64,000 nucleotides of DNA from an uncultured cyanobacterium (lineage in GTDB: Bacteria > Cyanobacteriota > Cyanobacteriia > Cyanobacteriales > Cyanobacteriaceae), in NCBI GenBank assembly GCA_963749915.1, contig CAVVOP010000017.1:60538-124537 (forward strand), written 5' to 3'. Shown here piece by piece: positions 55,712 through 64,000 of the stretch. The notes under the pieces were generated by a model, which made no database searches, was not told the DNA's origin, and saw only the letters and a program-made list of their open reading frames with translations. Each line of letters begins with the position of its first letter. The stretch's first letter is position 1. Both the position numbers and the translations under genes were made by a program.

Positions 55712-56100
55712 TGTCTCGCTAATCGCTCGGTTATTTCGTTCGCAAACACGACTGCGCATTTTATCACCGTTCGTGAGGAGACTACTCACACTGGTAGAGG
55801 TTTATATGCGGTGATGATGCTTGTCTTGGGTGTTTGCTCTCTAGTTTAGATTGGTTTTTTGAAGTGGTGAGGGGGGTGGGGTAAGGGTTTGGCTCTGTGC
55901 CCTTTTTTCTTTGCCCTCGTGGTGGTTTCCGCCGCTCATCCGCCCTGAAAATCCCTGCCTCTGCGAGGCATTCAATAAAAGCTCTAGCTAAGGTTTTCAA
56001 TTCCTGTCTCTGCGAGGCAAATTTATCTCGCTCACCATAATAGGTTTGCCGCCCTTGCCGATCGCCCACAAAATGCAGATCTGGGCAAGGGCTATTGCTC
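55712..56100. other. GC-rich, multi-hairpin non-coding region (plasmid single-strand-origin or leading-region-like)
   Basis: Nested inverted repeats GCAAACAC/GTGTTTGC, ATCACCG/CGGTGAT and GTGAG/CTCAC; two TG(C/T)CTCTGCGAGGCA hairpins; a GCCCTTGCC/GGCAAGGGC stem. Confidence 0.45.
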
Positions 56101-56274
56101 GTAAATAAAGCATTTATGGTCTTTTTTATTAATAGAAAATAATAGAAAATATAGTAGATATTTCTAATAACAAATATTATAATATAGCTATAGAAAAAAC
56201 CCCCAAACTTTGGCGGTTCTAAGGGTCTTTTCTTTATTCAATAACCGGTTAGCAAAAAACTAACCGCTAATATT

Positions 56275-56505
56275 ATGTTAACAAAAAAATCATCCATAAA
56301 ATGGGGAGCCAAAACCCCAGAAGCTCGCATTGTCTTTTATCCTCGTTCTGACAAAAAAAACGCATATTTTGCCGTTTTTTCCATAAATAATAAAGCGATC
56401 GCGCAGCGCCGGCATTCGCCGATCGAAGTCAATTCATGGGAGGAAATGAATGAAGCTTTATGCCATTTCATCAATGAAAGTGACGTCATATTTACTCCTT
56501 TCTAA
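56275..56505 (+). CDS. Small hypothetical protein (plasmid/phage-like)
   Basis: 76 aa preceded by TATAAT (about 56178) and hairpins; contains an in-frame HIP1-associated insert. Confidence 0.5.
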   Translation: MLTKKSSIKWGAKTPEARIVFYPRSDKKNAYFAVFSINNKAIAQRRHSPIEVNSWEEMNEALCHFINESDVIFTPF

Positions 56506-56532
56506 TTAAATAACTGAGGTTACGCACTCATG

Positions 56533-56825
56533 TGTTAGGTTTTAGATATTAGGTCTCAGGTCTCAGGTATTAGGTTTTAGGTTTTCCAGACATGATTGAA
56601 GTAAAAAGTTATCGGGATTTGACAGTTTTGCTTATTGTTCAACGATTAGGCTATCTGAAACCCCAACAATTAGAACCAGTATTAAACAAGTGTGATGAAA
56701 TTGGCAAAATGTTATATACCTTGATGGAAAAACTCGGTCAAAAGAAAAAAATCAACCAGAATTCGTCACGATAAATTTTTGGTATTTTCACACCTGACAC
56801 CTGATACCAGCCACCTGATACCTCA
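56533..56825 (+). pseudogene. Four-helix-bundle (23S rRNA IVP-like) gene remnant flanked by inverted heptamer arrays
   Basis: ORF 56592-56774 fuses KSYRDLTV directly to LLIVQRLGYL...DEIGKML. Flanks are about 7 (NNTYAGG) units at 56533-56582 and about 5 (NACCTGA) units at 56791-56825. Confidence 0.75.
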
Positions 56826-56894
56826 CTCTTCAATACCTTCGCCAAAATTATGAAACCTTATCGAGATCCTAAAATTTTTACTAACCTTATAAGA

Positions 56895-58280
56895 TTAAAG
56901 CAATCCATCTCGAAAATTGAAGAGTGCCATCTCGAAAGTAAAAATACTTCCCTGTTGTAACTGACTTTTTACTTGAAGATGAGCTTTATGTTTGACAGTG
57001 ATCGCTTTGGCAATTGCTAAACCCAAACCTGTACCTCCACTATGACGAGAGCGATCGCCATCAATACGGTAAAAACGATCCCAAATTTTGTTTTGTTCTG
57101 CTGGATCAATCCCAATTCCTGTATCTTTAACCTTAATAACAGCAGTACGCTCTTTCGTTGTTAAACTTACTTTGACTTCCCCTCCACTAGGGGTATATTG
57201 AATAGCATTACTAATCAAATTACAAACTAAACGATAAAGTTGAGATTCATTCCCGAAAACATAAATTGCCTCAGCAGGCATGTCATTACTTAATTCAATC
57301 TCATTTGCCGTCGCTAATTCTAAAAATTCTTCAGTTAAATCACTAATGAGATCATTTAAACAACAAGGTTGAAAGGCTATCGTCCGAGAATTTTGCTCAA
57401 GATTGCTCAAAAAAAGTAAATCTGTAATTAAATAGCTTAAACGCCTTCCTTGTCTTTCCACAGTTTCTAACATCACCGCTAAATCCTGAGATTGATCTGA
57501 AGGTATACGTAACATTGCTTCTACTGTAGCTAAGAGACTAGCAAGGGGAGAGCGTAATTCATGAGCCGCATTAGCTGTAAACTGTTGTTTTTGCTGATAG
57601 GATTGGTAAATTGGCTGCATCGCTAAACCAGAAAGCCACCAACTAGAAATGATTACCAAAACTAAAGCTAAAAGAAAAGCTATCAGGAAAATCCATTGCA
57701 AACGCTTAACCTCAGCATCAAAACTGGCTAAAGTGCGTCCAATTTGTAAGTAACCCCAAGAAGGGTGAGAATGATTCCCTTGATGAGTATGACTACCTTC
57801 TTGAGCATGTAACATAATTGTAAACTGATGATAGCGAATACCATCATCACTACGAAAGGTATGCCATGATTGTAACTGGGGAGTAGGGGAAATTCCTAAA
57901 GGTTGACTAGGGGTAAACGCAAGTAATTTTTGGTGATAATCATAGAGGCGAATATAGTATGTATTGCGATCGCTAATACCTGTAGTATGTCGTTCAATTA
58001 AACTGGGCTGAACCTGACAAGGTTGTTCTACTAAACATAATTCTGGCAAAATACGTTGTAGAACTACCGTTGCTTCTCCTGAATTAGGTAACATTGGTTC
58101 TAAGCTATCATGGAGAGTTCCCGCAATTGATTCTAATTCCCTTTCCATCGCATACCATTTAGATTGAATGAAGAATCGATAGACGATGAAGCCTAATAAG
58201 CTTAAAATAATTGCCATCACTCCAGCATACCAAAAGGCTAAACGAAGACGACTATAACGAAATAGCTGACGAGTATTCAT
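56895..58280 (-). CDS. Sensor histidine kinase, RppB/NrsS-like
   Basis: Two TM segments, H-box FTANAAHELRSPL, NLISNAIQYT, DTGIGI and GGTGLGLAI. The sensory region is His-rich (SHTHQGNHSH). Confidence 0.9.
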   Translation of the reverse strand: MNTRQLFRYSRLRLAFWYAGVMAIILSLLGFIVYRFFIQSKWYAMERELESIAGTLHDSLEPMLPNSGEATVVLQRILPELCLVEQPCQVQPSLIERHTTGISDRNTYYIRLYDYHQKLLAFTPSQPLGISPTPQLQSWHTFRSDDGIRYHQFTIMLHAQEGSHTHQGNHSHPSWGYLQIGRTLASFDAEVKRLQWIFLIAFLLALVLVIISSWWLSGLAMQPIYQSYQQKQQFTANAAHELRSPLASLLATVEAMLRIPSDQSQDLAVMLETVERQGRRLSYLITDLLFLSNLEQNSRTIAFQPCCLNDLISDLTEEFLELATANEIELSNDMPAEAIYVFGNESQLYRLVCNLISNAIQYTPSGGEVKVSLTTKERTAVIKVKDTGIGIDPAEQNKIWDRFYRIDGDRSRHSGGTGLGLAIAKAITVKHKAHLQVKSQLQQGSIFTFEMALFNFRDGLL

Positions 58281-58300
58281 CGACACTAAACTCAAAACTA

Positions 58301-59004
58301 TTATTTTACTCCTGAAAGATTACTATTAAAACGATAACCTTGTCCTTTAATAGTTTCGATCGGACAGTCACAACCATAAGTTGCTAATTTACGGCGTAAT
58401 AAACGCATTTGTGCCGCTACCACATTACTTACTGCCTCGGTATCAAAATCCCATAACTGATCTCTAATTTTACTTCCTGAAATGATGCGATCTGAATTTT
58501 GCATTAAATAAGCAAAGATTTGAAATTCTTTCACGGTTAAAGGGATAGTTTGTGAAGGGGTACTTAACTCACAAATTACAGTATTATTCGCATAATCAAG
58601 AGTAAATCCCCCTTTACTTAAAGTTTGAGGTTGAAATTGAGGAGATCTTCTCGTAAAGCTCTTAATCTTGCTAATAATTCTTCCATCACAAAAGGTTTAA
58701 CCAAATAGTCATCAGCCCCAGCATCTAAACCAGTAACACGGGATTGAGCATCACCCAAAGCAGTTAACATGAGTACAGGCAAAGGATTTTTTTGTTGTCT
58801 GAGTCTTTGACATAACTCTAAACCTGATAAATGAGGCACTAGCCAATCAAATATAGCAACAGTATAATCAGCCCATCCATGTTGCAAATAACTCCATGCT
58901 TGATTACCATTAATTGCCCAATCGACTACATATTTTTCACTCACTAAAACTTGCTTAATAGCTAATCCTAAATCTTCTTCGTCTTCCACCAGTAAAACTC
59001 GCAT
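58301..59004 (-). pseudogene. OmpR-family response regulator, RppA/NrsR-like, with one frameshift
   Basis: Receiver domain (LLVEDE, FDW, GADDYLVKPF) and wHTH (KEFQI, SNVVAAQMRLLRRKL, IETIKGQGY). Adding one base near 58652 restores LQRRSPQFQPQTL... Confidence 0.85.
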
Positions 59005-59221
59005 TTTTCAGATTTTGTTGATAACAGTTGTGATTTTATCTTAATTACTTTAATTTCATCTAATTTTTGAAATACTCTAAGTAACTATCTTTGAGTAACA
59101 ACACTAACTCATGATGCCTAATTTTTACTTATTTCAAAGCCTAAAAAACCCTATTTTGCCAGACTTTACAGCTATAAATAATACCATGAGGAATCGTACC
59201 AATGGAAATTATTTGAGATGT

Positions 59222-59554
59222 CTAATGAGTAACATAAGTTAAATTTTCTGAAAAACAAGGTTCTCCATCACAACAATTTACCTCTATTAAAATATGAGTC
59301 AATTTAGGAATATGTTGCAGTAATTTTTTATAATATTCAGGAGGTTGAGGATAGTGAGTTACTACTAAAGAGAGCTACAATCGCCAAAACAGAAGTTAAA
59401 GCATCTGCTAATACATGAATATAGGCGGCTTGGAGATTATGATCATGGTGATAGCAGTTAAAGCCATGACTATTTGGGTTTTTTTCTCACCTTTTTGATT
59501 ATCCGAAATAAAATAGTGAGAGTGCTGCCATTTTTCTAAATTTTCTTTGTGCAT
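59222..59554 (-). pseudogene. CDF-family Co/Ni efflux transporter (DmeF-like) remnant with two large internal deletions
   Basis: Collinear fragments MHKENLEKWQHSH...EKKTQIVMALTAITM, NLQAAYIHVLADALTSVLAIVAL and VTHYPQPPEYYKKLL...LTHILIEVN. Confidence 0.75.
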
Positions 59555-59728
59555 AATTCTATATTTATTGGAAAACAAATTAGACTTCTCCACAAAAATA
59601 TTTTTCATTGGCTTGTAGTAAGAAGCTCTTGCCCTTGTTTTGGGAGGTACTGGAGATGTCTATTATTCTTAATACATTATTTGATTAATAATCTATATCT
59701 ACAAAAATTATAATCTTTCAGTACATCA

Positions 59729-59745
59729 TTTCATCTCAATTTCAT
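59729..59745 (+). promoter_or_regulatory. TTTCAT-N5-TTTCAT direct repeat (CopR/NrsR-type OmpR box) in the efflux operon promoter
   Basis: TTTCAT CTCAA TTTCAT, followed by a -10-like TGGCAAACT and an RBS (GAGGAG) before ATG 59801. Confidence 0.7.
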
Positions 59746-59800
59746 CTTACTTGTGGCAAACTATGTAAACAAATTTATAAAGCTCAAGTGAGGAGTAACT

Positions 59801-60498
59801 ATGAAATCATTATCATTAACAAGTATTTTAAGTCTTAGTTTAATTTTAAGTACCCCCAGTATATCATTTGCTCATGTCGGACATGGAGATGAATTTCAGG
59901 CAACAGGAGGGATTGAGAAAGTACAAGTAAATCCCGAACTCGATGGCTTATTTGGCATTGAAGTAAATGCGATTGAAAAAGCCGCTTCCGATGGTGTAGG
60001 GGTAATGATTCCCGTTACCGCTTTAGTAGATGCAGATGGAAAACAATTGGTGTTTGTGCAGTATGAGAATTTTTATGAACCTGTGGAAGTAACCGACCGG
60101 GTGCAACAGAAGGTGATTTGATTGAAGTGACGAAGAATTATCCATGTGGGAGAGCAATTAGTCACTCAGGGTAGTTTATCTCTTTATGCAGAGTCTCGTA
60201 AAACCAAAAGTGCAGATACAACCGAAACAACCACCAGTGAACCAATAATTACCGATTCTACCACCCACGCGCAAGCAGATAAACAAGGAATTCCCCATAG
60301 TCACGACAAGAGGGTAATCTAGTTAATTCCGCCGAAAATAGTGAAAAATCAGCAGGATTTCCCATTTTTAAAACATTAATCGGCATTGGTGGTTTAGGGA
60401 TAGTGGGATTGACGGGATTATTTACTATTCCTGCTTTACGGGCAAAAATAAGAAAAGACGGGGGGCAAAAATAAGAAAAAACCTCGTAGCCAAGATTA
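59801..60498 (+). pseudogene. RND periplasmic adaptor-like 'cobalt transporter' protein, frameshifted
   Basis: Signal peptide followed by AHVGHGDEF, IPVTALVDADGKQLVFVQ and YEPVEV. It continues in shifted frames (GEQLVTQGSLSLYAESR, HAQADKQGIPHSH, C-terminal TM). Confidence 0.75.
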
Positions 60499-60509
60499 AA
60501 TAATATTTA

Positions 60510-60566
60510 GTTCGTAGTAAGCCTTTTAAGGCTGATTTATCAATGGCTAAAGCCATTACTACAAAC
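60510..60566. repeat. REP/REPIN-like palindromic element
   Basis: Outer inverted repeat GTTCGTAGTAA...TTACTACAAAC with inner hairpins AGCCTT/AAGGCT and ATGGCT/AGCCAT. Confidence 0.7.
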
Positions 60567-60605
60567 TTTTTTGCGCCCTTTGTGAGAAAATAACCCTAAT
60601 TTAAA

Positions 60606-63600
60606 ATGCTTAACTCAATTCTGAATCAGATTCTCAAAAATTCCATTGCCCAACGGTGGTTAATTGTGGTCGGGGCAATTTTAGTGACGGTATGGGGCGT
60701 TTTCAGCCTCACCCAGATGCCCTTAGATGTCTTTCCCGAATTTGCTCCGCCTCAAGTGGATATTCAAACCGAAGCCACTGGACTAGCTCCAGAAGAAGTG
60801 GAATCCCAAATTACTGTTCCCATTGAAAGTGCAGTAAATGGTTTACCTGGAGTGACAACGGTCAGATCGTCCTCCAAAGTCGGATTATCGATGGTACAGG
60901 TGGTTTTTGACCAAAATGCACGACATTTACCAAGCCAGACAATCCGTCACAGGAAAGTTACAACAGATAACCAGTCAACTACCTGAAGGCATCATATCCC
61001 CTGAAATTTCCCCTCTTGTATCTCCATTAGGGACAATTTTACAGTATGCCTTTACCGTCAACGGACAAGGTCAAACTTCCTTAATGGATTTACGCCGTTT
61101 AGTGGAAGTTGGCTTCAGTAATCAAATTCTTTCTGTACCTGGAGTTTCCCAAGTCACTATTTATGGAGGGGATGAACGCCAAGAACAGGTTTTAGTCGAT
61201 CCCGCCCAACTGAGATCGCTTAATGTTTCTCTCACTGAAGTGACAGATGCAGCCAGAGGTGCTAATTCTTAATGCACCTGGTGGTTTCTTAATTGGTGGG
61301 GGTCAAGAGCTATTGATTAGGGGCATGGGGCAAGTGAAATCGGTTGAGGATTTACAAAAATCGGTTGTTAAGGTCCAAAATGGCAAACCTATTTTGCTTG
61401 AAGATGTAGCGGAGGTTAAAACCGGATCGGCACTCAAGCGAGGTGATGCCAGCTTTAACGGACAATCTGCGGTGGTATGATGATCAATAAACAGCCTGAT
61501 GTGGATACTCCCACCGTCACCAAAGCGGTAGAAGCGGTAATGGAATCGTTACAGCCGCACTTTTCCCGCTGACGTTCAAGTGGCTCAGAACCTTTCGTCA
61601 GGCCAATTTTATTGATTCTGCCATTGGCAACGTTAGTAGTTCTTTAATTGAAGGCATTATTATCGTTTCGGTGGTCATGTTGCTATTTTTGATGAATTGG
61701 CGCACCGCAGTGATTACCTTGAGTGCTATTCCTCTGTCGCTGTTGATTGGCTTAATGTTCATGAAAGCCTTTGGTTTGGGTATTAATACCATGACATTAG
61801 GGGGATTAGTGGTTGCCATCGGTTCAGTAGTGGATGATTCTATTGTTGACATGGAAAACTGTTATCGCGGACTACGCAAAAACCAAGCCCAGGGTAACCC
61901 CAAACATCCTTTTCAAGTAGTTTATAATACTTCAGTAGAAGTGCGGTTAGCAGTATTTTTTCCACGGTGATTATTATTGTTGTGTTTGCACCTATTTTTA
62001 GTTTGACGGGAGTAGAGGGACGAATTTTTGCTCCTATGGGGTTGGCTTATTTACTCTCTATTGCTGCTTCTACCCTGGTTGCTATGACCCTTTCCCCCGC
62101 CCTCTGTGCGATTCTGCTGGCTAATCAGACTCTACCCCAAGAAGGAACTTTTGTTTCGCGCTGGGCAGAACGGTTGTATCGCCCCCTGCTGAACCTGTCC
62201 CTGCGCTTGCCCCAACTCATTCTCGGTTTAGCTCTAGCTTCTTTGGTAGCTACTTTGGCCCTGGTTCCCTCCTTGGGACGAGTCTTTCTGCCCGAATTTC
62301 AGGAAAAATCGATGGTTAACTCAATGGTTTTATTTCCTGGTGTTTCTCTGGATATGACCAATCGGGCAGGGATGGCTTTGCCAATTCTCTTCAGGACAAT
62401 CCCCTGTATGATTGGGTACAGGTCCGGGCGGGACGCGCTCCTGGGGATGCCGATGGAGCAGGGGTTAGTATCGCCCACGTCGAGGTGGAATTAGCGACCT
62501 TGCCCTCCAAGACCGCGAAGCCAGCGTCAAGCAACTGCGGGAAACATTTTTGAAATTACCAGGGGTAGTCCCGAATATTGGCGGGTTTATTTCTCACCGT
62601 ATGGATGAGGTATTATCTGGGGTCAGAAGTGCGATCGCCATTAAAATCTTTGGTTCCGACCTCAGTGAACTGCGTCAAATTGGCGAACAAGTGCGGGATG
62701 CCATTGAACCTATTGAGGGAGTCGTTGATTTGCAGCTCGAACCCCAATTGCCTATTCGTCAGGTACAGATTCAGTACGATCGAGGAGCAGCGGCCAATTA
62801 GGGTTTACTATGGCGGAAATTTCGGCTGTGGTAGAAACCGCACTAAATGGTCGAGTTGTTGCTCAAGTTCCAGAAAATCAGCAGTTAATTAATATTACGG
62901 TCGGTTTAAAGGAATCGGCTCGTAATAACTTAGATGCGATTCGCAATCTTCCTCTATCAACCCCAACAGGCCAAATCATTCCTTTGAGCAACGTGGCGAA
63001 GGTTGACTATGGAATGGGGGCAAATGTGGTCAATCGGGAGAATGTTTCCCGTTTAATCGTTGTTTCTGCTAATGTGGCTGAACGGGATTTAGGGAGTGTC
63101 GTGGGAGATATTCAAAAAACCATTCGTGCAAACATACAATTACCTAAGGGCTACTTTATCCAATACGGAGGACAGTTTGAATCAGAGCAACGCGCTACTA
63201 ATGACTTACTGGTGTATAGCACATTGGCGGCGATTATCATTGCTATTTTGATGTTTTTCTCGGTCAAATCCCTACCTGCGACCCTTGCGATCATGATTAA
63301 TCTGCCTTTAGCCTTAGTAGGGGGGATTATCTCAATTAAGTTGACAGGGGGCGTGATTTCGATTGCCTCTTTGATTGGATTTATTACCTTATTTGGGGTA
63401 GCCGTTCGCAATGGGTTATTACTCGTCGATAACTATAACCACCAATTTGCTCAGGGAATACCCCTTAAAATCGGTCATTTAACGGTTCTTTGGACCGGGT
63501 AAACGCTATCTTAATGACAGCCTTAACTTCAGCTTTGGGGATGTTGCCATTAGCGATCGCCTCTGGTGCTGGAAATGAAATTATGCAACCGTTGGCCATT

Positions 63601-63786
63601 GTTGTTTTAGGGGGGTTATTTACGTCAACTGCCTTGACTTTACTGGTTATTCCTGCGCTTTACGCCAAATTTGGTAGGTGGTTAATTCCCAAACCTCAAA
63701 AAAAATCCCCTGTCACAGATTTTAGTTCTGAGAACAATACAAAAGAGTTAATCACGATGGTTAATAATGAAGGTAGAGAGAATTAA
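60606..63786 (+). pseudogene. CzcA/CusA-family heavy-metal RND permease, broken into at least 8 ORFs
   Basis: Collinear fragments MPLDVFPEFAPPQV, GLAPEEVE, INTMTLGGL...VDDSIVDMEN, EGRIFAPM, VFLPEFQE, YGGQFE, GVAVRNG, ILMTALTSALG and PLAIVVLGGL. Confidence 0.9.
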
Positions 63787-64000
63787 GTAACTAGTAGAGG
63801 TAAACAGGAGTTGGAACAAGTTTAGAAGCAGATATTAAAGATAACGGCATAACACTTCATTTACCTCTATTTTATCGCCAATTTTTGGCTCAATAAAAGT
63901 TGAAGTTGTTAACGCAAAATGATTAAACCCACATTCCGCACGTCACTTTGTAAGATGATAAAAGTATTAAAACCAAGCAACTTATTTTGGACAAAATATA

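Noticed and set aside
55782..56069. 95-aa minus-strand ORF
   Set aside because: It has a GTG start without an RBS, low-complexity composition and overlaps strong hairpins. It is probably a by-product of locally high GC.
56592..56774. Diversity-generating retroelement suggested by the Avd-like four-helix bundle
   Set aside because: There is no reverse transcriptase and no TR/VR repeat pair in the window, and the gene itself is internally deleted.
59100..59245. Possible MITE between the response regulator and dmeF
   Set aside because: The candidate terminal repeats match at only about 10 of 16 positions and no target duplication is visible.
63975..64000. Possible IS terminus (AACTTATTTTGGACAA) at the window end
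   Set aside because: The partner end and transposase would lie outside the window, so it cannot be supported.

Overview
64 kb of chromosomal DNA from a low-GC unicellular cyanobacterium. This is supported by psaA/psaB, crtP/crtB, cphA and very frequent HIP1 GCGATCGC sites; a Cyanobacterium/Geminocystis-like host is inferred. Positions 1-47.5 kb are mostly intact housekeeping genes (cphA, proA, mfd, ispF, nfu, crtB, crtP, tRNA-Val, psb29, serS, psaAB, SNF2 helicase, LptD-like protein, LCP protein, gloB). Within this part, a block converging on cphA encodes a full-length homologue of vertebrate carnosine synthase (two ATP-grasp domains, apparently with the catalytic roles swapped) next to an M14 zinc carboxypeptidase. 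This is the best candidate for an undescribed system. Positions 47.6-56.8 kb form a decayed accessory island: nested and deleted IS elements, Uma2, a broken Rpn/DUF4351 gene, higBA between HIP1-anchored direct repeats, an IS-truncated vapBC, a highly structured plasmid-like non-coding region and a deleted four-helix-bundle cassette. Positions 56.9-63.8 kb are a heavy-metal efflux locus (RppA/RppB-like two-component system, dmeF remnant, RND adaptor, CzcA/CusA) with many indels that may be sequencing errors. Tiny mobile repeats (HIP1-inserted hairpins, REP-like palindromes, heptamer STRRs) occur throughout. All family assignments come from motif recognition, not database searches.
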